Source of the DNA: Nageia nagi
Taxonomy: Eukaryota; Plantae; Pinophyta
Direction: 5' to 3'
Assembly: GCA_050084985.1 (NCBI GenBank)
Contig: JBITNC010000001.1
Location: 12,152,001 to 12,216,000, forward strand
Length of the DNA stretch: 64,000 nt
This document shows positions 12,658-25,749 of the stretch, one piece after another. The notes beneath the pieces are model-generated. The model had not been told where the DNA came from, did no database searches, and saw nothing but the letters and a program-made list of their open reading frames with translations. The position numbers and the translations under genes were made by a program. Every line of letters begins with the position of its first letter. Position 1 is the stretch's first letter.

Positions 12658-14813
12658 TTCCCACAACCATGGTCACCAAGGATCTTCTCCCACCTTGGCT
12701 AAGTTTCTATGAAATTAAAGTGAATTATGACCCAAAAGTGGATGGCATTTTGAAGAACATGAAACAATAGCTTAAAAGCAATAAGTGGTCCATAGAGAAA
12801 ATAGTAGTTTTCAATCAATACAGGATTGAATCTAGGAATTAGTTTGCACCATTGGAATTAGATATGGATGATTTATTTATGAAAATGTGGCATCTAGAGC
12901 ATCCTAATAATGTTGATTCTTTAGATGAAGAATCTTCAAATGAAGAAGGAAAAACTAGAAAAGAGGATCAAGCCCAAGTATTGGAAGAAAATGTTGTAGA
13001 AAACTCTCCATAAAAGGCTAAGAAAGTATATTCTTCAAAGAGAAAGGCTCAACCTAGCCCTCAAAGATTGCAACCATAGAAGCATGTCAAATAAGCCACT
13101 CCTTGTTTAGGTATGCACTCTCATCACTATACTTCTTCTACTTCAATTTCTAAATCAATCCTAGTTGTGTCTCCTTCATCAATTGCATCAGTAATATTAA
13201 TGCCAACTCCTTTGCCCATTTTCATACCTCTAGTCCCTCTATTTACATATGTGTTAACCACACCAAAAATAGTCATGTCTCAATCACTTCCACCTCTACT
13301 CTCTACCTTAGCTACACAAACTATCACCCCCATCACCCAATTTCCCTTGACATCAACAAACCCACTTTCACCAGTAAACCTAGTCATAAATGTTAGCCTA
13401 GGCCTTGCCCAAGCAAGCCCTTTGACATCGGCCAAGCAAATCATGTTAGTACCAATGCAAGACTTGAGTCCTAGTTCATCATTTATCACTATTTTTGAGT
13501 ATAAAGTGTCCATCTATGGTATAATGCAATAGTACCAATAGATGAAGGCCAACCAAGAGGCTTGGATGGATAAGTAGCTGAAGAAGATTCCTATTCCAAG
13601 AAATCTAGTAAGGCTCTAGAGTTTCCTAGACTCCAAGAGCAAGGTCTTGTAGATGATAGTTGCCCATGAATCTCAAGAAGGTCCTAGGGACCTCATAGCC
13701 ATGAATACAAGCATCAAGATAGACTTGGCCAATGTGCCTAGGTGGGATAAGAATGAGTTATTGCACACTACAATTAACTTGAATATTTTTGAGGCCACCA
13801 AGCTAGAAGCTAAGTATAATAAGGTGCTCAAGTCCAATGAGTCACTTAAGAAGCAATTAGGCTTCAAAATTCTAAGGTATAAGATGTGAACAATTAAATT
13901 TATGGGTTGAAGAAAGCTTTGGCCAATGATCCTATAGCTAACACATTGGTAAAGAAGAATGTTATGCTTGCTGAAAAGGAGGTATAACTGGGTAAGAAGG
14001 AAGCTACCATTATGGCAAAAGACCAAGAGCTAGCGAATAAAGATACTAAAATTACATTAAAGGATGGAACCATTAGTAGTATGAATGTTAATTTGGCACA
14101 TCGACAATAGCTAGCCCATACAAATAAAGTAGATAAGGCATTTTTACTAAAGGTAAAAAAAATTCTAGAATTCAATCACTCCAGACCTAAAAATGGTAAT
14201 ACAAGTTCGAAATCATGTGAAGATTTGCTTCAAAGGGTTAAATAAGTTTAGTGCAAAGGTGCTTAAGAAGAAAGCTAACTATGATTTGCTAATAGATGAT
14301 GACAAGAAGGCAATTGAAAAAATGAGCAAAGTCTCCCATGAATAGTTAAAGGCTTTGAATCTAGGGAGTAGAATGGAGATATTAACAATTGATAAATCAC
14401 CCTATGTAAGGGAAAGGAGTCTGTGATAGTATAAAAGAAGCCTACTCAAATGGCAAAGCAAGATTGATTCTTTGAAAGGAGAACTATAAGACATAGTATC
14501 TTTGGGGATACCAATTTTGTGGAAGGCAAATAAAGAACCCATCCCAAATATAGAATTTTTAAGCAAAATACAAGAGGCTATGATGGATAGTTTAGATGTC
14601 AATAGTTTAAAAACTTCATTCAATGAGAAAAGTATACTACAATTCTTTGAGTACTATGAAAAGATAAAAGTTAATCTATAGCAATTCCTCCAAACTCACA
14701 AGCAAATTTCCTATGATATCTCTAATTTAATGGCTTTGGCTAAGTTTCAATTGAAGAATCTATCTAATGTCCAAGAGAATTAGCATAAAGTGCAACAGTT
14801 AATTAGTAGTTAA
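12658..14813 (+). pseudogene. Decayed TE accessory ORF (acidic/basic, S/T/P-rich, coiled-coil and C-terminal domains)
   Basis: Pieces 13113-13532 and 13653-13889 plus the readable tail DIVSLGIPILWKANKEPIPNIEFLSKIQE...LKNLSNVQEN. Confidence 0.6.
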
Positions 14814-15033
14814 GTGATTTTTTCAAGTGTTCTACCTATCTAGACCCCAAATTTCTTTTAATAAGATGAAATTTTGCCTCAAAAGTCACTAGAATGTATA
14901 CTTATATATAATTCTATATTTTTGGAAAGACCCTTGAAGTGTATTGAATGTATTTAAAGCATTATTTTATATTTGTGAATATTTCAAAGTCTTTAAAATG
15001 AAAATAAGCTAAGTATAAAGGGATCTCGAAAGA

Positions 15034-15440
15034 GATGACATCATGTAGAGTAGCAAAATTTTATTTTTGTCTTATCATCAAACTTGAGAGATGATGATGT
15101 CATCAATGAAGTTTGTAGAGTGTGAAGGTCTTATTTTTGTTATTTCTATCAAGCCTAAGGAGAGATTATGTCATATGAAGAATTTGATATTCCAAAGTCT
15201 ACTCGACCTAGTAACCTTGGGAAGAAGTAGAGTAAAAATGGCTAGGTATAAGACATTTCTCATTATGACATCACTCAAGGTGCAAAAAATTCATTTTTGT
15301 CTTATCACTAGACTTGGAGAGAGGTGATGTCATCAAGGTAATGCATGGCCCCGAAAGAAGATGACCTCGAAAGAAATAATATGAAGTGTGGAGGTCCCAT
15401 TTTGTTCTTACCATCAAGCCTAGGATAAGAGATGTCATCA
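15034..15440. repeat. Cluster of degenerate ~65-70 bp repeats bounded by GATGACATCA/TGATGTCATC motifs
   Basis: An ATTTTTGTCTTATCATCAA-like core occurs four times (~15061, 15131, 15291, 15398). Confidence 0.65.
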
Positions 15441-16536
15441 ACAAACATTTATAATTCCAAAATGATCCAACATAAAGCCTCAAAAGAAGAAATAAGAAGA
15501 AAAGGACTGATATACAAATAGACATCTTTGAAATGATAGCAGAGCTTTGGAAGAGAAGTAGATATGAGAGTAGATGTTCAAAAAAGAGCATAATATTTTG
15601 AAACCATAGAAGTAACACCCAAAAACCTTTGAAAATGGCTTTTTACCTCTAAGGAAGTAGGAACAGTTACAAAGAACCTCTCTAGAGTTGTAGATTGTTA
15701 CAAAATATTTTGAAAAAGATGCAAGTGATCAGAAAAACTCAAAAGAAATAACTACCAATCAAGAAGACTCCAAAAAAGGAGATCAAACCTATTGAGGCAT
15801 TTTTTGTAACTATTTAGTATTTTCTGTTACATTATAGTTACTTTAGTTTTTGTATAAGTAGAGGTAGTAATAAGGCAAAAGCATTGGAATCCCTAGTATT
15901 GCCCCTTGTACTTATTTTCAAAGACCTTTTATTTCCTCAACAATATGATACTATGTTGACCTTTGTTTCCCACTACTTGTTACAATTATTCTTAATCTAG
16001 TTATGTTGTGGCAATTTATGAATGTTTCTTGAATAATAATAGTAATGTCTTGGAATTACTATGTCTATTACATTGTAAATTGTATGTTGAGAAATAATTA
16101 AGAGAGTGAAGGCTTGCTCCATGGCTACTACACTAGATTCTTTCCAAGGTTTCACACATTGTGAAGGCCCACGCTAAACTAGTTATCCACCCCTTTGCTT
16201 TATTCCTTATTACTCTATATATTTATTTTATTCCTTGCATTTTTACCCTTTTATTTCTTTCTAGTTACTTATTTTTTATAGTTTATGCCTAATGTATAAG
16301 GAACTGGTCTTCTTCAGAGATTAGATTATCATGGATAGTATATTATTGAGATTATAGTAGGTGAAGATATTACACAATCTTAATCAACAACTAGATTCAT
16401 TTTAATAACATATTGATTAGGCAATTCATTATGTTGAAAGAAAATCATGTTACAAACTATATCTACATCAAGATTAGCTACTAATTTCATAAATCTAGTA
16501 ATAGGAATATTTGCATCAACTTTAGTCTTTTTAAGT

Positions 16537-17688
16537 GTAGCAAATAATAGGAATTAAATAATGAAAACTACACATCAAATCCAATGTCTAAGAACATAGA
16601 GATAAATGGAAAGATTTCAATAATAGAATGTAATTGTATTGATAAAGAAATGATAAAGAATAATTACAATATTTTTATCAACCTATAGAGTTTTTACTAG
16701 GATTATCTCCTATGGGATTATTTTGGATGGAGCTAGGGTCTCACCAATCCTAGAAGTAGTAAGGAAATATGATGTCTCATTTGCACTAACTATGATGGAA
16801 CCAATAATGTTCCTCTCAAAATGGCTAGAGTAAGTTCAAAGGTAGCCTCCTCTCCTCTCAAGACCTCAAAATTAGGTTTCCCCATAAGTGGCTAAAATAG
16901 AGTCTCCTATCAATCCAAAATAAATGGTTAATAATCACATTTAACATATCTCATAATGGTTATGAGTTCTCCTTTTATAGGTGAGGGTCATCATCCTATA
17001 ATATTACATTGAGATGATCCAATAGTGGAGAGATGTGATTCGTATGGTCATGTATGCAACATCCAAGATGGGATGCCTTGGGATAAGTGAAATCACATCC
17101 AAGGGTTAGGAATACCAATATTCAATAGGGGGTAATAACAAAGCACCTCATGATCAGTGCCATTGATCCATGTGCTTAGGAGGTACAATGTGGGATGTTG
17201 GGATCCTCACATACCCAATGTCCATGCTCTAGGATCATCTACTTGCTTCGATATTACCAATGCCTAGTTTGAAGTGTCAGGTCCATCCTTAGAGCTTCAA
17301 ATGATCTTGTAGTCGATACAATCACCTAGGGGGATGTTCTACCTCAAAGAGAGAAGCAATAATGAATAGAGATACATTTAATACTAATATTACAATAATC
17401 AAGGCTAAAATATGCAACACCTAATTTAATTAGACTAATATTGCATTCACAATTATAATTAGCTTGGTATAGTAAATACAAAATTTATTAGTATCTTAAA
17501 ATAACTAAATCAAAATAAATAAATAAATAAAAGGAACATTTATTCCATAATTAGAGCTTTATCAAGTTGCTAAGTGGAATTTATATCATTTTGGCCAAAT
17601 TATACAAAAATAGCCTAAAACACTCCTAAATTAATGTTCCATTTATTAGAGGTGAAATGGAGAAAATACCTAAAAAATAGGGACATCA
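16537..17688 (-). repeat. Solo/partial LTR, inverted relative to 18473-19911
   Basis: Reverse-complement similarity to 18473-19911 over about 1 kb (e.g. tactaggattatctcctatgggattatttt vs aaaataatcctataggagataatcctagta); ends ...agggacatca. Confidence 0.75.
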
Positions 17689-18472
17689 TAATCATGTCTT
17701 TCTAATATGCTTCTATTTTCAATTCTTTTTTTATATGCTTGTCAACTAACTACTTTTGTTTATTTTCTTAAGATAATCTCTCTCCATATCATACATCTCT
17801 AATCGTATTAACATCCAAAAATAAACATGAATACAATAACTACATAACCATAAATATAAGAGAAAATTAACTAACTTGTTAATGTGTCAAAACTTTCATG
17901 CACACACCCAATCATCTTCATGTTACTCAATGCATGCCTATTGTTTCTTGTCACTTGTATTCATATGTATGACTTTTGAAGTCGCTCATATTTGTGTGAA
18001 CTCTAAAATCATCCTTATCAATGCAAATGACTTATGAAGTTATTTGGACTAGTAATCATGACTCTATAAAAACATACCTTAACACCTATTTTGGCCTTCA
18101 ATCTTTATATATATGGATGAACAAGTCTCTCCATTGCTAGCGACCTCTTCATTCATATGCATGTACAAATCCCCAACCCTATGAACTAACCGACACTTAT
18201 AAAATTTAAAATCATAACATAATTAACATTTTTTCCCCTAATTATTTATTTTTTATCTAATTTATTAGTTATCCTATGCTATTGTGCATTTCTAGCATAC
18301 ATCCTAGCATTCCTTTTATAAAAAATAAATTTAAAAAGTAAGAAAAAGATAACCAACCTTCTCTACACTCCCTCCAGTGGTCGCTCATGGGTCTACCATG
18401 TGATGTTCCATGTGTATTAGCTACAACAACACTTCATCCCATAAATGGGGAACTCACATGTCAGGCTTAACA

Positions 18473-19911
18473 TAATGTCCCTAATTTTTAAGGTTTCATT
18501 CATTTTTGGTTTCAAGGAGATTTCATCTTATACAAGCTATAAATGAACATTTCAACAACACAAATGGAAAGAGGACCTCATGCCAATGATTTTGACAAGT
18601 TACATGACCTATTTTGGTCAAGAAATGAAGAAGTTGTGGTATTTTAAAGTTCACCCAAAAAGCTAGCATGATCATATCACATGTGCACATGGGAATCCAA
18701 AATTCTCGTTCTAGTTTACTCCTGGAAAGGCTACATCCTTCCTTTAAGCATGTGTAATGATTACTTAGTTAATTGAGGAGTGTTTCATATATATTTAAGA
18801 TCATTTCATTATAGTAAATCCTTTATTATATGTTCCACTTGGATATTATTTAATTTCTCCAATTATGAGATGTTGGACCTACATTAGTATGATAGGAGTA
18901 ATTTAGTTAATTGATAGAATATTGATAATGTTGTATTTGAAATACCAAGGTAATTATAATTGTAAATGCAATATTAGTCTCATTAAATAAGGAATTAAAT
19001 TTTTTAGCCTTAATAATTATAATATTGGCATTAAATGTATCTCTAGTTATTAGTGCTCCCCTCTCTGAGGTAGAGCATCCCCCTAAGTGATTACATTGAC
19101 TACAAGGATATTTTGAGATCCAAGGAATAAACTAACACTTTAAACTAGGCATTGGTAATTTTGAGGCAAGGATACAACCCTAGAGAATGGACATTGGGCA
19201 TGGGAGCATCCCAAGATTCCATGTTAGTCTTCCTAGGTACATTGATCAATCACGTTGATCATAAGGTGCTTCATTATCACCTCCTCTAGGATGTTGGCTT
19301 TCTTGGCCCTTAGATCTAATTTCACTTATCCCAAGGCTCCCTGTATTGAATGTTGCATACATAAGCACACAAATCACATCTCTCCACTATTTAATCACCC
19401 TAATGCAAGATTATAAGATGATCACCCTCACCTATAAAAGGAGTACTCATAGTCATTATGAGATATGCTAAATTTGATTATAAACCTTTTATTTTAGATT
19501 GAGTGGAGACTCTATCTTTGCCACTTGTAGGGTGACCTAAATTTTAGATATTGAGGAGAGAAGAGGATACCTTTGAATTAAATTGAGCCATCTTGAGAGG
19601 AATGTTGTTTGTTCCATCAAAATTGCTATAGAAGAGACTTGGTCTTGCCTTGAACTACTTCTAGGATAGGTGATACCCTGGAGACATCAAAAATAATCCT
19701 ATAGGAGATAATCCTAGTAGAAACTTTGTAGGTTAACAAAAATATTATAATTATAATTTATCATTTCTTATCAATACAATTACTTTTTATTATCAAAATT
19801 TTGCTATGTATATCTCTATGCTTAGATGTTAGATTTGAAGTGTACTTTGCATTATTGAATTCATGTTATAGCTTCCTATTTGCAATGTTGGATTTCTAGG
19901 GATATTTTACA
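18473..19911 (+). repeat. Solo LTR of the same family
   Basis: Starts taatgtccct (decayed TG), has TATA-like cctataaaag at ~19431, ends gggatattttaca. Confidence 0.75.
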
Positions 19912-20123
19912 TGTTTCTACTCATCTTTTATTTTCCAATCTAAATATTGGGTGTGTGGAGTAATTTTGCTTTATCAAGTTACTATTTTGCTCTTAGGTTG
20001 AGATGTTAGAAGATTAGAGGAATTACATGCTCAAATATTATGTTTTACTCATCATAGCTAGACATTGGATCAGGAGGCATTTTTATGAGTTTGAAATCAT
20101 ATTTAGCATTTTTAGAAATTCAT

Positions 20124-20758
20124 TGTTTTATTTAAATAATGCATAAATAGTAAATCGATGCATTATTTATCTACAATATGTTATTGAAACATATATGAGA
20201 AATGTGGCATCAAATGAATAATGATAAATAATATACATTCATCATATTCATATAAACATGAAATAATAGATACCATTCATCAACCATCATACGACATTCA
20301 TAAATATGCTCAATACAATGGCCTAAAGATGCTACATCCCTAACTATGTACATTAAGTAGATTGATGAAGAAAATAAAAAATATACAAAAGCAACATGAA
20401 GGGTTTAATATATCTATGCAAAGGTGATGTTACAAAGTACCATTGTAGGTAGGATAGAGTGATACTGTATTTGTTGAAGTCTCTCTTAGTATTTTTGATG
20501 CCCTCACATGGTGTCTCTTACATTGCCTTTGATGTGTCTTTATAGCAACATCATGGTCTTCTCTGGTTCTTATGGTCATTGCATAATACATAGCCTAAGA
20601 TATCTTTCTTGATATTTGACACCTTTTATATTGTATAATGATCCATTACACTTATTACATTACTTTGGGTATATTTTTACTCCCTTTTTACAATAAATAT
20701 CATTGATGTTATAAAATGAATTATTTAATAAATAATAATTCATTTTTAGGTATCTACA
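20124..20758 (-). repeat. 3' LTR (~635 bp)
   Basis: Aligns along its length with 25011-25648; purine tract on the minus strand at ~20760-20770. Confidence 0.85.
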
Positions 20759-23700
20759 TTTTTCCCTTATTTGTAGGTGTGATTGAATCAATGAAATTAC
20801 ATGTCTAAGTAATAAGTACATAAGGAACTTTTGAGAAATTTGAACTCTTTGCTACATTACTACTTGATGATGTTGGTGATGGTGAAGGTCCTTTCCTACC
20901 CCCTTTTGGGTTGGTTTCCCCAAGAGTGGTCCTTGAGTGGTGCAACCAAGAAAAAATATAAAGAAATATGTCACTTTATTTCTTTTGATATCTCTTCCCT
21001 ATTAGGAACTCTACTAACAGGTAATCTTATGGTTCCACATCCAATCTCTAAAATGAAATATGTTGATTTTCCCCTTGCACTATTCAACCATAGATCTGTC
21101 CATTCTATTGTGTTTGGTACTTAGGAAATTTATTCTCTCACATACATACCTTGAAATAAAATAGGTCTCTTTATTTATGATGATATACCATTGATGTGTA
21201 TACTGCTAATGGTGTAGGAATAGTGAGCATGCCTCTGATGATGTGGGTTTCTTTGTATTCTTTTCTATTCTTCATGATGTAGATACCTACAAAAAGGTGT
21301 TATCTATACCCTGTATGAAAATTATTTGGATACATAATGAGTTACATCATCCATTAATGATGACACAATGTTAGTAATCTACTTACATATGCATCATCAA
21401 TTTACATTTTAAGTGAGTGAACTCTCACTAGCCATATCATTGGCCATCAGCGATCATACATTTTATGTCTATGAATTGAAAACATTATGCTTTGTATGGT
21501 TCAAAACAAAAACCATATGGATGCATAGCAAGTTGCATCATGCATTGGAGATGAGCCAATATCAACATCTTTCTTATGACTAAATCGTTAATTTATCTTT
21601 TAAGTGAGTGAAGTCTCACTAGCTATATCATCAATTTATACTATCATCAAATATTTATATATATTTTGTTTTGAAATACATGCAATTAGTGATGCATAAA
21701 TAGTAATTGACATCATTAGCTACATGAAAATAGTACAATACAATGAAAAATTGAAAATGAAACTCTATGATACAAGTATCTTGCATAAGATTTTTGATGT
21801 TTTGCAAGGCACATGGTCGCTATCTTTATACAAAGAAGCATTTGAGGTGGGTGTCATTGAAGGTATTTGGTTCTTCTTAGCCATCCATGTAAAAGAGTTT
21901 GTAGGCTCCTGATCCTGTTGCTTCTAGTACAACAAATGGACCAAGCCAAAGCCTTATTTCCCTACTTGGCTTTGTGATAAGAATAATGTTAGCCATCTAC
22001 TTAGAATAATCAATTAGTTTAATAAACCCAACATTCAAATAGTTTTCTTTATCTTTCTTAACTAACAAAGCTTTTGAAGGATGCATTTTTCTTGGCTTTT
22101 GCTTGATTGGCCTAGCCTCCTTTTTAAGTGGTAAATTATGCATCACAAAGGAAGGATCTAAAATAGACATATCATTATAAGACCAAGCAAAAATTTTTGT
22201 AATGTTGAATGAATTTATTTTTGTACCTTTCCTATTGTGGTGTAGGTAGGGTTGCTCCAACTTGAACTAATATTTGCTCAATTATAGTCCCAATATTGAA
22301 ATTCATCAATTCTTCCATTGGAAAGGTAAGCTCATCTTTCTTTTGCAATAAAGAAGGAAATTCCTCTAATCCTTGTATGTCATATGTATCATTAGTCTTT
22401 AGTTGAACCTAAAACACTTCTAAACAAGATGAAGAGAATTGCAAATTTGATTTCAAACATGATAACATACCATGCATAATGAATGTTGTTAACAGCCTAA
22501 AATATGAAGAATCTAACCTTGCGCAAAGAACAAAATATGATCATCACAACTAGGGAATAACAAATCCAAGGTTAATTAGTGGTGTCTAAAGACTCCATTT
22601 TAGTTGTGGTGCATTCCTTGTACTTGCCTACCTAATCCTCCCCCTTTGTACTTGTAATTTTTAATAATATATTTATGAATAAAAGGATACTACATGAGTT
22701 TACCTATTTCAATAGTCATTTGATCTTCCATTGAATTATCAAAGTTGGGAAATATAGATGTGTTGAAGTAAGATCCTTCCCCATATTCATTTTTCCATGC
22801 CATTAATGGCCTTCTAGCACTAAAGCACACTACTGACAGCCTTTTAGTAGAAAAGCACACTATTGATGGCCCTCCATAGATAAATTTTTGGGTTGTTCCA
22901 AATATTTTATGGATGTAAATAAATCCACATTCTCAATTATGTATATACCCATTTTAGTTTCTATAATTTAAGTCTATTTTTTTGTATTTTCCCCCAATGC
23001 ATTCTATTCCAAGGGCTCAATCTCATATCTTGGATAACTCATTGTGAATTCTTAAAAATTTGCTACATTACAGAAAGCATATGGCTCTAGATTACCAACA
23101 ACTATATGAAACTCACCTTGATATTCAAATTTTAATCTATCATGTACTGTATATGGGATTGCATCCATATCATGAAGATAAGGCCTTCCCAATAATAAAT
23201 CATTAGATAATTTGGAATCAACAACTTGAAACTTAGCTACAATTTTCCTTACTCTTGTACTTACCATAATTGTGGCTATCCAAACTAATTTTTTAGATGA
23301 GCTATCATATGCCCTAATCCTAAATCTATCTTCTTCTAATGGAAAGATTTCTACATCTTTTTCTTTGAGTTGAATCAAAAACATGTGGGAACGTACATAA
23401 ATAGATGATATTTTATCTACCAATGTTCATTTTATTTCTCGTCCATCAATCATAGGTGTAATATATAAAGATAAACACTCATCAAGAAACTCCTTATTAA
23501 GCTTTTAAAATTTGTAAAAAGAGATAGCATCATATTCCTTAATAGCTCTAGGCTTTTTAGAGAACATAGCAGCAAACATATTTTTAGGAACTATCTCCTT
23601 TTTGAACAAAGCATATAAGATATCCCTATGTGTTCTACATGTGTATATAAGATCATATAAACTAATATTTGTAGGAGTTGTTTTTAATTGGCTAATCATA

Positions 23701-24994
23701 CTATATGTCTTTGGATCATGAGGGATACTTATTCTGTAGTGATCAGATTGGAAGCATGCCTTGGACACCCTCTTCTTAAACCAACACAACTTTATTTAAC
23801 CACTGAAATTGTATTCATCGTATATCCTTGATTTTCATCTATTTGATCAATTTGATACTTTCCTTTAGTAATAAGATCCAAAGTAGCTTCCTCTAATTCT
23901 TTACAAAAATTTGTAGCATGACCCTTCCTTTGATGAAATGTGTAATAAGAATCTGATTTTCCTGTAGGAACATTGTTATCTTGTGCTAAATTTTCCAATG
24001 GCTGCAATAATCCCTTTTTCATTAGATACCTCATGTCTTTTGTAGTGGCAAATCTTTGCAACTTTGGTGGAGAAGCAGTTTCTATCAGCCATATGTACTA
24101 TTTTTTCTTCCTTTTTAGCATATATATTCTTATTCTCCTTATGCAAAGGAGTAGGTGCATACTTGAGTTCCCCCAACTCAAGTAAAACTTTTTCTTTTTC
24201 AATAATTCTTGTATCAATACTCTTAATCCAATATTCTTATTACTAGGAGCATGCAAATTCATAATTAGCACAATAGAATCTCTAAATATAGCATAAATTT
24301 CACTTTCATCTAATTTTCTTCAAATGGATTTCCATATCTTTTTGAATAGTGGAATGTACTTTTCTAGGGTATTATTACCCCTTTGTCTCATTGCATATAA
24401 CTATGTAATGGTACTTTGATTTTTGATGTTGTGTTTGTATTATCCCATGAATAATTTAACCAATGACTTGAAAGAATCAATTGAACGACCAGCAAAATTA
24501 TAGAACCATTAACTAGCATCACCTTTCATATTCCTTGGGAAGAACTTTATCATCAACTTCTCCTCTAACTCTAAGTTCAACAAGCACTCCTCTTGAAAGC
24601 TGATAAGATGCTATTTTGGGTCTTATTCACCACTAAACATCTCAAACTTGGGGGCCTTGTGCTTGGGTGGTAGGGAAAAATTATGAATCTCCTCAAAAAA
24701 GGGTGAGATGAATACACCATCATACTCCTCTTCACTTTTATGTGATCTTATGTTATTCTCAAGGTTGGCTAGTCATGTAGCTATGATGGGATTTGACATT
24801 GCTGATGAGCTACCCTAACTATTGAATGATTGCATTTTCTTTTCCATAGTTTCTATTCTACTAAGAACTTACTTCATAAATTGTTCTATTTTTACATCAT
24901 TAATGGCCCAAAATAGCTAAAAATACCATTAAAGGTACATATTTGTTATAGAATTATCATAAGATCTTGCTCGTAGGGCAAGATAAATCAAATA

Positions 24995-25007
24995 GTTGGG
25001 TTCACCA
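24995..25007 (-). promoter_or_regulatory. Primer binding site, tRNA-Trp type
   Basis: Minus strand TGGTGAACCCAAC lies 3 nt from the 5' LTR; the complement of the plant tRNA-Trp 3' end is TGGTGAACCCGACG. Confidence 0.75.
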
Positions 25008-25010
25008 AAA

Positions 25011-25648
25011 TGTAGACCTCAAATAATGCATAAATGGTAAATCAATGCACTATTTATCTACAGTAATATTATTTAAGCATATATGAGAAATATGACATCA
25101 AATAAATAATGATAAATAATGTACCTTCATTATAGTCACATAAATATGAAATAACAGAGATCATTCATCAACCATAACATGATATTCATAAATATGCATA
25201 AAACTAATGACCTAAAGATACCATGTTGAGAGCCGGATGGAGTAAATAGATCGATGAATGAAATAAAGATATATGAAAGCAACATGAAAGGTTTAACAAA
25301 TCTATGTAGAGGTGGTGTTACAAAATACCATTGTATGTAGGATAGAGTGATCTTGCATTTGTTGAAGTCTCTCTTAGTATTTCTGAAGCCCCCACATGAT
25401 CTCTCTTATCTTGCCATTGATAGGTCTTTATAGAAGCATCCTAGTCTTCTTTTATTCTTGAGATCATTGCATATTACATAGTTTGATATGTCTTTCTTAA
25501 TATTTGACACCTTTTACATTATGCAATGGTCCATTACATTTATTACATTTCCTTGGGTGTATTTTAACCTATGTTTTTTAAAATATATATCATTTATGCT
25601 ATAAAATGAATTATTTAATAAATAATAATTCATTTTTAGGCATATACA
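25011..25648 (-). repeat. 5' LTR (~638 bp)
   Basis: tgtagac...catataca termini, adjacent to the PBS. Confidence 0.88.
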
Positions 25649-25749
25649 CTTCCTCTTCTAGGGCATGTTTGAGGAGTGATCCCGAAAATGGATCATCATA
25701 ATGAAGCTTTTTTATTTTTAAGTGTAAAGTTTGTACAAAGATTTATATC

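Larger units (their letters stand above)
12658..16389 (+). mobile_element. Second LTR-like fragment with a decayed unknown ORF, 5'-truncated
   Basis: Long stop-interrupted plus-strand reading, then a repeat cluster, then a typical LTR-like end ...attacacaatcttaatcaaca. No PPT/TG seen between ORF and end; no PBS after it. Confidence 0.55.
20124..25648 (-). mobile_element. Tat/Ogre-like Ty3/gypsy element with paired LTRs, internally deleted (most of RT, RH and IN missing)
   Basis: Similar LTRs at 20124-20758 and 25011-25648; PBS present; decayed gag, protease (LLLGRPYLHDMDAIP), G-patch, RT start (FAWSYNDM..LDP..VMHNL) joined directly to the integrase tail. Confidence 0.88.

Noticed and set aside
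13113-13532. Stand-alone mucin/AGP-like S/T/P protein
   Set aside because: It is a stop-bounded piece of a longer decayed TE ORF.
20119-25653. TSD for the Tat-like element
   Set aside because: Flanks ttcat and cttcc do not match convincingly.
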